DNA of 64,000 bases from Callorhinchus milii (taxonomy: Eukaryota). The translations under genes and the position numbers were made by a program. Every line of letters begins with the position of its first letter. Within the stretch, counting starts at the first letter, position 1. The stretch covers positions 11,720,001 through 11,784,000 of the forward strand of contig NW_024704742.1 of the NCBI RefSeq assembly GCF_018977255.1, given 5' to 3'. The notes beneath the pieces are model-generated. The model ran no database searches, was not told where the DNA came from, and saw nothing but the letters and a program-made list of their open reading frames with translations. This document shows positions 27,126 through 39,639 of the stretch, piece after piece.

Positions 27126-29651
27126 AAGAACATAACATAAGAATTAGGAGTAGGAGTAGGCCATTCGGCCCTTCGTGCCTGCTCCGCCATTCAATAAGAT
27201 CATGGCTGATCTTCTCACCTAACTCTGATTACCTGCCCTATCACCATATCCCCTAATCCCTCTATTTTTCAAGAATCTATCAGTCTCAGCCTTGAAAATG
27301 TTCAAGGACTGAGCATCGACAGCCTTCTGGGGTAGTGAATTCCATAAGTTCACTACCCTCTGAGTGAAGAAATGTTTCCTCACCTCTGTTCTAAGAGGCT
27401 GACCCTTAATTTTAAGACTGTGACCCCTGGTTATAGATTCTCCTACCAGGGGAAACAGACCCTCAGTGTCTACTTTATCAGCCCTTTAAGAATCTTATAA
27501 GTTTCAATAAGATCCCCCCTAATTCTTCTGTACTCTAGAGAATACAGCCCTAGTTTATTCAGCCTATCCTCATAGGTCAGTCCCCTCATCCCAGGAACTA
27601 ACCGAGTGAATCTACGCTGCACCCCCTCCAGGGCAAGTATGTCCTTTTTTAAATAAGGAGACCAAAACTGCACACAATACTCTAGGTGCGGCCTCACCAA
27701 AGCCCTATACAGTTGCAGCCCTAAACAGTTCCCTACTCTTATATTCTAAACCTTTCGAAATGAACGCTAACATGCCGTTCGTCTTCTTAGTTGCTTGCTG
27801 CATCTGCAAACTAACTTTTTGGGACTGGTGTACAAGGACACCCAAATCCCTTTGAATACTAACTCTATCTAACTTCTCCCCTTCCAGAAAATAATCTGTT
27901 TTTTTATTCTTGCTACCTAGGTGAATAATTTCACACTTGCTAACAGTGAATTCCATCTGCCACCTACTTGCCCACTCCCCTAGCCTATCTATATCTTGTT
28001 GCAATCTTTTTGCATCATCCTGAGAGCTCACTCTGCTGCCGAGTTTAGTATCATCCGCGAATTTAGACACATTACATTCAATGTCCTCTTCCAGATCATT
28101 GATGTACATAGTAAATAGCTGAGGCGCAAGCACTGATCCTTGTGGCACTCTACTAGTTACAGCCTGCCAATTCGAGAATGATCCATTTATCACTACTCTC
28201 TGCTTTCTACCCGATAGCCACTGTTCTATCCATGTTAATATTTTCCCATTAATCCCGTGGGCCTTGATCTTGAGTAACAGCCTTTTGTGTGGCACCTTGT
28301 CAAATGCCTTCCTAAAATCCAAATATACCACATCTACTGGTTCCCCCTTATCCAACCTGCTGGATACATCCTCAAAAAATTCTAAAAGGTTAGTCAAGCA
28401 TGACTTCCCTTTTGTAAAGCCATGTTGACTCTGCCTAATCTTTTTATGGTCTTCCAGGTATCCCATAACTACGTCTTTTATTAAGGACTCAAGAATTTTC
28501 CCTACAACTGACGTCAAACTAACTGGTCTATAGTTTTCCCTATTTTCTCTCCCATCCTTCTTAAATAGTGGAGTTACGTTTGCAATCTTCCAGTCAATAA
28601 TCTTTTGGAAGATTATAGATGTGCCATCCACTATCTCAATAGCCACCTTCTTTAAAACTCTCGGATGCAGGCCATCCGGTCCAGGGGATTTATCAGTTTT
28701 AAGACCCGACAATTTACCTAGAACCATCTCTTTACTAATGTTAATCTCCCTAAGTTGCTCGCTAACATTGTCTTCTTGGTCCTCTATTTTTGGTATGTTT
28801 CCAGTGTCTTCTACGGTGAAGACTGTAGAAAAATACTTGTTTAATGACTCTGCCATGTCTTTGTCCCCTATTATAATTCCTCCGGTCTCTGCCTGTAATG
28901 GACCCACATTCACCCTCACTAGCCTTTTCCTCTTTATATATTTGTAAAAACTCTTGGAGTCTGTTTTTATGTACTTTGCTAGTTTGCCCTCGTAATCTAT
29001 TTTCTCCCTCTTGATCAATTTTTTGGTCCTCCTCTGTTCCCTAAAGTTCTCCCAATCCTCGGGTTCACTACTCATCTTCACTGTTTTATAGGCTTTATCT
29101 TTTGATTTGATACTTTCCCTAACTGCTCTAGTTAGCCATGGCTGCACCACCTTTCCCATGGCATTCTTATTCCTCAAAAAGAATATGTGCTCGTTGGGAA
29201 TTTTGCACTCTCTCCTTGAATGTCCGCCATTGCTGGTCTACCGTCAAATCTTTAAGTATAGTCTCCCAGTTTATTCTGGCTAAATCCTCTCTCATACCAG
29301 CAAAGTTGGCTCGATTTAAATTGAAGACTTTTGCTTCAGACTTAACTACTTCCCTCTCTAGCTTAATGCTACATTCCATCATATTATGATCGCTTTGCCC
29401 TAGAGGAGCCTTAAGTTCCAGTTTGCTGATCAGCCCTGTTTCATTACACAAAACAAGGTCTAATATGGCTTGTTCCCTGTTTGGCTCCTCAGCATAATGA
29501 TCGAGAAAATTATCTCTAATACATTCTATAAATTCCTCTTCTATGTTACCTTTCCCAATTTGGTTGTCCCAGTCTATGTGCAGGTTAAAATCACCCACAA
29601 TTAGTGTCTTTCCTTTGCTACATGCTCCACTAATCTCTTGATTTATACCTT
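27126..29651 (-). mobile_element. 5'-truncated CR1 LINE with frameshifted ORF2 (partial APE + RT)
   Basis: ORFs 29167..29727 (IVGDFNLH, SDH), 27705..29177 (YRPVSL, QHGF, YLDFRKAFD, VPQGSVL, FADD) and 27470..27700 (LEYCVQFW); CR1 3' UTR with short-repeat tail at 27126. Confidence 0.97.
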
Positions 29652-29870
29652 GAGCGATACTTTGACCACTGTTTGGAAGGGTTATTGTTCTAACTTGGAT
29701 GCGATCTACTTTCAGAGCAGTTTCCATGAGCTAAAGTGAATTTATGCTACCAACTGAGCAAGGCTAACTCTGGTATCAGGAAGAAGTAGATTAGTTTTAT
29801 ATTTTGAATGTCACATGAATGGCAACATTAGAAATATGTAAAGTATTACACATAAGCAAGTCACCTGGAC

Positions 29871-30771
29871 ATAGATAAGTCACCTGTTCTTGACGGGATG
29901 CATCCTAGGTTACTGAGGGAAGCAAGGGTGGAAATAGCGGAGACTCTGGCCACAATCTTTCAATCCTCTTTGGACACGAGTGGTGCCAGAGGACTGGAAG
30001 GTTGCAAATGTTACTCCCCTGTACAAAAAGGGGCAGAGGGATAAACCTGAGAACTACAGGCCAATCAGCCTCACATCAGTAGTAGGGAAACTTCTGGAGA
30101 CTATAATCCGGGACCATATAAATTCTCACTTAGAAAAATATGGTTTAATAAAGGACAGTCAACACAGATTTGTTAAAGGCAGATCGTGTCTGACAAACCC
30201 AATATCATTTTTTGATGGAGTGACTCAGAGAGTGGATGAAGGTAGTGCAGTAGACATAGTTTATCTAGATTTTCAAAAGGCATTTGCAAAGTGCCACATA
30301 AGAGACTTATAAACAAAATAGAAGCCCATGGTATTAAAGGGACTGTGGCAATATGGATCCAGAACTGGCTAGGAGACAGAAAGCAGAGAGTGGTGGTGAA
30401 TGGTTGTTTTTCTGACTGGAGGGAAGTGTGCAGTGGTGATAGGTTGAACCGGGAAAAGCTGTTTCCACTGACATGTGGGTCAGTAAACCGAGGACACCGA
30501 TTTCAGTTAGTTGTTAAAAGAAACAGGTTAGGAAATTTATTTTCACCAGCGAGTTGTTCGGATCTGGAATGCATTACCTGAAAGGGTAGTGGAAGCCGAT
30601 TCAATAACAACTTTTAAGAGAGAAGTGGATGGGTATTTGGGGAGGACAGGATTGCAGGGCTATGGAGAGAAAGCGGGCCAGTGGGATTGAGTTGGATTGT
30701 TCCTTTTGGAGCTGGCACAGACATGATGGGCCGAATGGCCTCTTTCTGTACTGTATGATTCTATGATTCTA
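29871..30771 (+). mobile_element. CR1 LINE fragment with an internal deletion
   Basis: VPEDWKVANVTP...YLDFQKAF; jumps near 30438 from mid-RT to the 3' end; (ATTCTATG)n tail. Confidence 0.93.
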
Positions 30772-31775
30772 AGAATGAATTGACTTGAATTATAGAGTGG
30801 AGACTCTGGAATGGTATCTTTCTAGTAGAATTCAAATCTTCATTTACCAATGTTCAGGCTATTTGGGAAGCAATTAAATCTTCCTATTGTAAACTGTGCC
30901 CTCTTTCTCCTTCACAGCTAATTGAAAGATATAATAATCTTTAGCATAAAAAGACCAAAAAGTCTTTAAATAGTTTCTAAGAAAAATGGAGGGAAAGCTG
31001 CAGCATGAAAGGTTTTTAAAATAATTTGAGCAACATTCTGCCCCTGCATTATTAGCAATATTATTTTCAGAATCATCTATACATTTATTTGCTTCTAAAT
31101 CCAGTATTTTTGCTTGATGTGAAATTTCTAAGGGTATTTTATTTTGTTGCATACTATTCACAGCAATGGAGGTAGGTGAGATAACAGATATAGTTTGATT
31201 AGTCAGGCTTGGGATGTGCTTTTCTGCTTAAGGCCACCTTCACATTGAGTGCTTTGTCCATCATCCAGCAAGGCTAGCAGCAGTGTTCCAATGAAGTCAG
31301 CTGCTACTGACAGGTCTGGTTCAGGTGAACTGAGCATGTCACAAAGTCCTTGTGTTTTCATTGGCAATTGCTTAAATTCAGTGAGATACGCAACACGACA
31401 CAAATGAATCTGAGATCACTGGGCTGCCGTTGTGTGTTTTCTTGTCTATTTTTCCTCTAGCTTCTTTGTAACAATAGATAGCGCATTGATCATTTAGTAA
31501 CAATAACTTACTGAATTGATGGAGAAATTCTGGCAGGCAATTACAGGGTTAATGGATTTTTATGTTGTGTTTGGTGCCAATTCAGTGAAACAAAATGATT
31601 CCATGGGTAGAGCTATATTGTGACAGGAATAACTAGCAGGTGGGATGAGGCACAGCTAATCATGGATCAGAATGTGAGGGAGGCTCGCACTAGGTTGTTA
31701 GGTTATAGAACAAGGCCAATTGCCCATAGTAACAGTGCAAAGCATGGAGTTTGGCAAGGCTGAAACACAGATCAT

Positions 31776-32120
31776 GGAGTCCTGAGGCTCAGTGGTTAGA
31801 GCACTCACCTCGCAAGCGAGAGATCTGGGATTGATTCCCTACTAAACAAAACACTGGGCAAGTTTCCTAATTCCACCCATCTCTGTTTACCTAACAGTAA
31901 GTAGGAACCCGGTTGTTATTAGATTGGTGGATTGCTTTTCTGTTGGTAATAATTCCTTCAAAAAAATATTGATTAATCAATCCACAGCTGTTGGTGGGAC
32001 ACTGCTGTGCGCAATTGGCATTTCATCCACAAAATACACGATCAATTCACTTTACAGTATATTCTGTAAAGCGCTTTAAGACGTCTCGAAGACATGATCA
32101 GTGCAAGGATTATTATTATT
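31776..32120 (+). mobile_element. Full-length tRNA-Ala-derived SINE (long form)
   Basis: Head ggagtcctg.ggctcagtggttagagcactcacctcgcaagcgag, middle segment, Deu-like core ctgctgtgcgcaattgg, L2-like tail, (ATT)n. Confidence 0.92.
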
Positions 32121-32214
32121 AATTGAAAAATGGGTTCCTGGCTGTTCTTTAGAGAGTGCATTTGGAGTTTTCTGAAGTTCCCACACCCCAAGAAATACAC
32201 ATAAAGGTTTCAGC

Positions 32215-32866
32215 TATAGGAGGTGTAGTGTCAAAATTTGCAGATGACACCAAACTGGGGGTTGTGGTAAATAGCGAAGCCCTTTGAGACATCTCAACAA
32301 CATGATAAGTCACTATATCAAATGCTATTATTATTATTATTATTTTGATAATAGTGAAGAGGGTTCCAGAAGAATGTAGGAAGATATAGACAGGTTAGCA
32401 GAATGGGCAGTTAGTTGGCAAGTAAAGTTTAATGTAGAAAAATGTGAAGAAATTCACTTTGGCAGGAAAAAATAAAGAAGTCATCTCTCGTCCAAATGCT
32501 AGTAGTCCAACAGGATTAGAGGAACAAAGAGATCTGGGGATTCAGAACCACAAATCTCTAAAAGTAGCTTCACAGGTAAGTTAGGCCATAAAAAAGGTCA
32601 ATAGCATTTTGGGCTTTATATCCAGAGCAATAAAAAATTTGTTCGAATTTGGAATGCATTGCCTGAAAGGGTGGAAGCCGATTCGATAACAAATTTTAAG
32701 AGAGAAGTAGATAATTATTTGGGGAGGACAAGTTTGCAGGGGCTATGGGGAGAAAGCGGGGGAGTGGGATTGAATTGGATAGCTCTTTTCAAAAAACTGG
32801 CACAGACACGATGGGCAGAATGGCCTCCTTCTGCTCTGTATAATTCTATGACTCTACGATTCTATG
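32215..32866 (+). mobile_element. CR1 fragments (FADD region and 3' end) with a SINE tail inserted
   Basis: aaatttgcagatgacaccaaactggg = KFADDTKLG; 3' UTR with attctatg repeats. Confidence 0.85.
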
Positions 32867-33048
32867 AACAGTTAATATTGAATTTGTATAAAAATTGTTT
32901 AGCCACATTTAGTGTGTTATGTCCAGTTCTAATCTCCACCGCAACAACAACGTGCATTTATATAGTGCTCTCCACGCCCGCCGGTGTCCCAGTGTGCTTA
33001 ACAATGGTGGAGCCCGATGACTTCTTATAGTCTTCTTATAATCTATAG

Positions 33049-33266
33049 TCCACACGCCTAATAATAATCCCTCCAAAACCAAAACGAATAATAAATTGGT
33101 CATTTTCAATCTATGACTGTTTGTGGGACATTGCTGTGCGCAATTGGCTGACGCGTTTGCCCACAAATATACAGTCAATTCACTTTATAGTGTGTTCTGT
33201 GAAGTGCTTTGGGACGTCCTCCCGACGTGAAAAGCGCTATATCAAATGCAAGGATTATTATTATTA
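33049..33266 (+). mobile_element. SINE, short form, 5'-truncated
   Basis: Lacks the middle segment; tail gggacgtcctcccgacgtgaaaagcgct. Confidence 0.88.
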
Positions 33267-33294
33267 GTTTCTTACGTCTTCTTATAGTCTTCAG

Positions 33295-33855
33295 ACTATA
33301 TAAGAAGGATATAGCAAAAATGGAAAGAGTAAATGTAGTGGTTTACAAGAATGATAAAGGACGGGCAGGTCACTGGTATCAGGATAGATTAGACAGGTTA
33401 GGTCTTTTTTCGCTAGAGAAGAGACATTTAAGAGGGGACCTAAGAGAGGTGCTTGAAATTATGAAAGGGTTTGAAAAGGTCTGCATAAGTATAAAAACAA
33501 GTTGCATTTATGCTGCGCCCTTTACCCAGGTTGCATCTTGGAACTGTGTCAACGAGTTGGGGAGCCGTTAACCAGGGGACACAAGTATAAGATAGTGATT
33601 TGGCATCCAAAAGATAATTTAATAAGAACTGCTTCATGCAGAGGGTAGTGAGATTGTGGATCTCACTGCCTAATAGGTGGTTGAGTCAGATAGTATAGAT
33701 GTTTTCAAGAGGAAGCTAGACCTTTACATGAGGGAGAGGAGATTAGAAAGGTGTGCAGATGGAGTAAGGAACGGTGAAGACTCGTGTGGAGTATAAACAC
33801 TGACACGGACTACTTGGGCCGAGTAATCTGTTTTCATGCTGTACATTCTTTGTAA
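33295..33855 (+). mobile_element. Older CR1 subfamily 3' end
   Basis: YQDRLDRLGLFSLEKRHLRGDL; distinct 3' UTR (gactcgtgtggagtataaacac...). Confidence 0.8.
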
Positions 33856-34031
33856 ACTCGTGTCATGTCAATCACTGCCCACAAAGGAAACCTTTAAAAA
33901 CTCCAGGGTTTTTTTTTGCAGGGAAACAATAATGCATCCCCTGATACAGCATACTTATTTATTCTGAAACATCAGGTCAAGGATAATAACTACTAATACT
34001 ACTACTAATAATAATTCCAACTGCCTAGTCT

Positions 34032-34883
34032 GATTTGCGCACCCAAATTGTTTGACGAACAACCATGAAGCGAATGATCAATTTTATTTCACCCCTGGTC
34101 AAAACACAGAAAATAAGTAATAATGTGTAGCTAGGCAATTACAAAAGGCATTTTATAACACAGCACAGAATGCCCTGCTCATATTTCAATGTTATACAAA
34201 ATTCTGCATCTTCAGTACAATAAAACGATTAGCGAGAGATTAAATGATGAAGCAAGTTAGGGCTGCTTTGTAAAAATAGACATGTGACATATTTCACAGA
34301 TAAAATACTCGTGCTTGGGTAAGGCATAACTGCAGGGGTGGAAGGGCATTTGTCCATTCCTGTGACTTAGTGTGTGAGAGTACAGTATTATAATAATAAA
34401 TAATAATAATAATAATCCTTGCATTTGATATAGCGCTTTTCACGTTGGGAGAACATCCCAAAGCGCTTCACAGAACACACTGTAAAGTGAATTGACTGTC
34501 TATTTGTGGGCGAACCCGGCAGCCAATTGCGCACAGCAATATTCCACAAACAGTCGTAGATTGAAAATGACCAATTTACTATTGTTTTTGGTTTTTGGAG
34601 GGATTATTATTAGGCTCTGTGTGGAGTAAGGAAACTTGCCCAAGGTTTCGCCCTGTCTGGAATTGAACTCAGGTCTCTCGCTTGCAAAGCGAGTGCTCTA
34701 ACCACTGAGCTACAGGACTTCATACATTATTTACTGTAAAGTGGAGGATTTACTGGAAAGTGGAGTGACTGTGGACTTGCAGGTGAAAGCGACAGCGATT
34801 TGCACACCCAAATTGTTCGACGAACAACCATGAAGCGAATGATCAATTTTATTTGACCCCTGGTCAGAACTCGGAAAATAAGT
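34032..34883. repeat. 87-bp direct duplication (34032-34118 and 34797-34883)
   Basis: 81/87 identical by manual alignment. Confidence 0.92.
34388..34721 (-). mobile_element. Full-length SINE, short form
   Basis: (TAA)n tail to ...aaccactgagctacaggactt head. Confidence 0.92.
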
Positions 34884-35977
34884 TCTCTTTTCGAATAGTT
34901 TGTTTAGCACTGTTAATGTTGCATAATACTTATAGATGTAGAGTGTTATATAACTTGGTTTATCAGTTCTTCTGCTGAGTTGCTAGACTGCTTCAGGCAA
35001 AGGGTCGGATAATGTGTTGTTGAATGAAGCCGCAGCTCAGATAAAATGCTACTGGCATGTGCTCCTGCAGTGTTGATCTCGAAAAGACATGACTTTATGG
35101 AAATATTAGAAACAGCACTTCTTGTCTGAAAAGAACATGCACCCATTGTGAATTCTGTCCAAAGCAACCAGTTTAATCCATTTTAGAAGAATTTACAGTA
35201 AGTTAGCAAGTATGGATCAGCTATAAAAGTACAATTGTCTTATTGCAGAAAACAAAGACATAGTTTGCAGTGTAATAATAATAATAATCCTTACGTTTGA
35301 TATAGCACTTTATCACATCTTCGAGACATCCTAAAGTTCTTCACAGGATAAACTGTAAAGTGTAGTGACTGTGTGTTTTGTAGATGAAACACGGCAGCCA
35401 ATTGTGCACAGCAGTGTCTCACACACAGTCGTCGGTTGAGATTGAGAGTGTTAGAATGGGCCAAAGTATTCTGTAAAAGTTAGAATGGGTCAAAGTACTC
35501 TGTTAAATGTGTTTAATTTAGGTTTGCTGGTGTTATGGCACTTATTTTTGCACCTGAGAAAAACACAAATTTAATATATTTTGGTGGCAAAAAAGGTATG
35601 TTCACATGTTCCAATTCCACCTATTATTCCTCTACTGTCCCAATGGAATTTTAATCCTATGGGTTTCGTAGGAGCATCACATCTTATCTAACTTCACTCA
35701 ACAGGATACCATTTTTGGAAAAAGAATATCACAATATGCTTCTTAATACGTAAGGTATGCAAGGAGAGGAAAAACTGTGTTGGGGGTGAAAGAAGAGGGT
35801 TGATATTGTGGTCCAAATCTGGGACTTTCCAGAGCTTTGGGACGTCCTCCCGACATGAAGGACGCTATTCAAATATAATTTTGTATTGTGTTGAGTTGTG
35901 GACGAGGAGGACTGCCACTGTAAGGTGAATGGAAGCAGAGGGTTGGTAGCAGTGGTAGGGGTGGACAAGGAATCAGA

Positions 35978-36810
35978 AGATTGTGAGTTCAGGCTCCATT
36001 GTCAGGAAATTGAGCTCATGGTCCAGGCTGATACCCCAGTACAACGCAAGGGGTGCGCTGCAATGTCAGAGGTGCCAACAACAACAACAAGATTCCATTT
36101 ATAGAGCGCCTTTCACGTCGGGAGGACGTCCCAAGGCGCTGTACAGTTGGGTCAGGACCCGAGCAGGGGGGATATGGTCAGGGTGAGGGAAGGGAAGGGA
36201 GGGAGCGAGGAGGGGGTAGAGAGTCGAGAGGGGAGCTGAAGGCATGGTCAAAGAGAAAGGTCTTGAGACCGGCCTTTAAGGAGGAAAGGGAGGAGGCGGC
36301 GAAGGCACTGGGGGATAGAGTTCCAGAGCCTCGGGGCTGAGAGGCTGAAGGCCCGGCCACCAATGGTAGGGCGGTTGGGGCGGGGGATGTGGAGCAGACC
36401 GGAGCCAGAGGAATGGAGGGTACGAGCGGGTAGGTTGGGGGATAGTAGGTCAGAGAGGTAGGAGGGAGCAAGCCCGTGAATGGCCTTGTAGGTGAGGATG
36501 AGGATCTTGAAACCTTTGTATGAGACATTAAACTGAGCTCCTGTCAGTCTGTTCAGCTGGATGTTACATTATTTGGATGGATAAACTATTTAAGAAGAGA
36601 AGGAAGTTCTCCCAGTATCCTGGCCAACAATCCCACAGATAAAATTAGCCATTCACACTATACATTCCTGTTTGCGGGTCCTTACTGTGTGCAAATTAGC
36701 TGCCATGTTTGCCAACAAAATTCAGTCACGCCACTTCACATTAAAATCCTGTGAGGCGCTTTGAGACGTCCTCCCAGTGTGAAAGGTGCTGTCTCAGTGG
36801 CAAAGATTTT
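35978..36810 (+). mobile_element. Old Deu-domain SINE split by an L2 insertion
   Basis: ...caggctgataccccagtac...gctgcaatgtcagaggtgcca [L2] ctttgtatgagacattaaactgag...; collinear with 49170-49525. Confidence 0.7.
36076..36511 (-). mobile_element. Young L2 3' end
   Basis: Highly similar to 24965-25450; (AAC)n tail. Confidence 0.95.
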
Positions 36811-37466
36811 TATGATGAACGCATGAGTGTGGAGAGAATTACCAGCTATTAACCATTGGCAATCCTTTGCATTGGTTGTTAACTACATAATTCTGCCGCC
36901 TCATACATCACTGACATGTGGCTGTCTGCAAAAGCCCGTGACCCAAGTAGTGTTTTCTGCAGAATATTCCTGAACATCAAGAGACCTTGCTTCTCATGAG
37001 ACGTTGGGTACTTGACCAGACATACAAGGGAATTCCCTGGAGAAAAGCTGTTGGGTACTTTTGCCGGCGGCTATGCCTCTCATTTGCTTTTTAAATGCCT
37101 ATATTATTATTTTAGACATACCAATGAGGTTTAAAACACATTGGTTCTACGCTGAGCACCAATCATGAAAATAAATGCAATTCCTGCAACCGACTGCTAA
37201 ATAAATCCATGACTGTATTTCACCCGAACTTCTAAGAATTTTTAAGCAGGGGAGAAACTTTAACTCGTTAGTGTTTTTAAAGAACTGTTTGAACTCCCTC
37301 CTATACAACAATGTCACCAAAAAAAAAGACCAATCCACTTTTGGAGCTCTGAGTGTTGCTGTGTGGGCCCACATGTAGAGCTCGCCTTGGGTGAAAGTGG
37401 TTTGGGAGCAGGAAATATATGAATTGTGTTTCGCAGTCCAAATAACTAGTCAGCGAAGCTACAGGT

Positions 37467-37815
37467 GGAGTCCTTGCAAGCGAGAGGACCTGGGTTTGAT
37501 TCCCGACAAGGCGAAACATTGGGAAACTTTCCTTACTCCACACGCCTTTGTTTACCTAGGAGTAAGTAGGAAACCATTGTTAGGTGATGCTGGATCGCTT
37601 TTCCGGGGCTAATGATTCCTTCATTAATAAATTTTAAAAAATAAATAATTGGGTCACTCAATCCACGACTGTTTGTGGGATACTGCTGTGCGCAATTGCC
37701 TCCTGCATTTTGCCCACAAAATATACAGTCAGTTCACCTTACAGTATATTATGTGAAGCGCTTTGAGACGTCTTGGAGATGTGATAAGGCGCTACATCAA
37801 ATACAAGGATTAGTA
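37467..37815 (+). mobile_element. SINE, long form, with part of the head deleted
   Basis: ggagtcct[deletion]tgcaagcgagaggacctgggtttgattccc through the tail. Confidence 0.9.
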
Positions 37816-37924
37816 CTATAACCCAACTAGGCCCTATAGATTATGGGCTGCTCCTGCCTGAAAATGTTAATATGTTACTTCTGAAGATGATTTTTTTTGT
37901 TCCAGTGGGTGACTGATGCATGCG

Positions 37925-38405
37925 AAAACCAATCACCACATTTAAAAGCGTCTCTAAACCAGACTGAGAATTCCATGTAAGCCACCTGCATGTGGAAATT
38001 CCTGTTTATGGAATGGAATGCACACTTTCTTTGGAGGGAAATACCCTGCATATCTAATTCCAGAGAGTATTGGGACAAGGTTTGGGGACGCCAGAGTTTC
38101 CGCTCAGGTCCTGTTGTAGTCTAACCATTTGAAAGCACATAGCTTACCACTGAAAGCAGTGCATGATGAGCTTCCTGCTATGTGTCCAGTTTGGACCACC
38201 TGTTAGGGCTTTTGGATTACAGGGTGAAGAGGACTGGGAGGAATTCCTTCCAACATATAAATTAGGTAAGACCACTCGGCATCTGATTTGACCACTTTGA
38301 TGCCAGCACTGCTAAATATCAGGACGTGTGCCGCTTCCCAGCACTAACATCCTCTCATCTCAATCATCACAAAACAGTCTCAGCAGAACTGATTGATCTA
38401 CTTGT
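37925..38405 (-). mobile_element. Old unclassified interspersed repeat, copy 1
   Basis: Collinear with 62690-63125, 45372-45545, 51015-51180 and 57480-57646. Confidence 0.65.
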
Positions 38406-38629
38406 GAAGCAGGTTTATTCTGTATTTGCTGCGCATGTTCATGGGACACTGCTGTGCGCAATTGGGGCCCCATTTCGCCCACAAACTATACAGTCAATTC
38501 ACTTTACAGTATATTCTGTGATGCGCTTTGAGACATCTTGAAGATGTGATAAGGCACTATATCAAATGCAATGATTATTATTATGTACGTATGTGTGTGT
38601 ATATATATACAAAAATACATTTTTGCTGT

Positions 38630-38990
38630 ACTCGCCTCACAAGCGAGAGAACCTGGATTTGATTCCCAGGAAGGCAAAACATTAGGCAAATTTCCTTACT
38701 CCACACGCCTGTTTACTTAGCAGTAAGTAGGAACCCAGTTGTTAGTTGATTGGCGGATCGCTTTTCTGGGAGTAAAAATCCCTTAATTAATTAATTAATA
38801 AATATAAATTAAAAATATAAATACTATAAATAAATAAATTTGGTCACGTCATCCATGACGGTTTGTGGGACACTGCTGTGTGCAATTGGCTCCCATGTTT
38901 CACCCACAAAATATACAGTCAATTCACTTTACAGTATATTCTGCGAAGCCCTTTGAGACATCTCAAGTATCAAATGCAAGGATATTATTA
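38630..38990 (+). mobile_element. SINE, long form, slightly 5'-truncated; another tail lies at 38440-38583
   Basis: actcgcctcacaagcgagag...caaatgcaagg. Confidence 0.9.
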
Positions 38991-39639
38991 CATTTGCTAA
39001 ACACAGTATGATTACACTACAGGAAATATAACTCATTTGCTTACTAACAAACTTCACTTTTGCATCCAGATCAATATACGGTAAAAGAAATTCCTATCAC
39101 AAGGTGAAATAAATGTTAATTCAATAAACAGCTTTTCATCACCCTATCCTCCCCGCTCCTTGAAATGTGTTGATGGCTGAAACTGATACAATGTACATGT
39201 CAACAGCAAAGAAGAAACTGCTTCGCAAATACTAATCTTGATCAGTTATCGGGTACATCAGAAAACATCACAACCAGACATGACAGCAGATTATTATCAT
39301 CAGGTCTTACATTTTGCAGATGAACCTCAACTGAGGTCAACCAACAGGAAAAGAACAAATCAGAGATTTTATCTTAAAAGTTTTATTTAAGGCTTCAGTC
39401 AAATCACAGGAAACGTTATTTTATCAATTCCAAAGCAATTTATCATGAGATTTAACCACCACAAAATGATACTAAGACATTGGTTACAATTTGCAATATG
39501 GTTTGGCGATTGGCAAAAGGGAAAGGTTTTTTTCAATTATGTTTGCTCTTTCATTATGTTTGTGGTGGGAAATCAAGAGTAACCTAGTTTCAGCAGCAAA
39601 TACTCCCAACTCAGGAAAAGTTCTATTAGCTTTAGAGTT

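Noticed and set aside
22797..29727. RT ORFs as a domesticated gene or a novel RT system
   Set aside because: They are canonical, truncated and frameshifted L2 and CR1 ORF2s with normal 3' tails.
30874..31161. 95-aa minus-strand ORF in unique sequence
   Set aside because: No recognisable domain and no consistent splice-site pair.
35450..35506. 29-bp tandem duplication (similar ones at ~34728 and ~59458)
   Set aside because: Ordinary slippage duplications.
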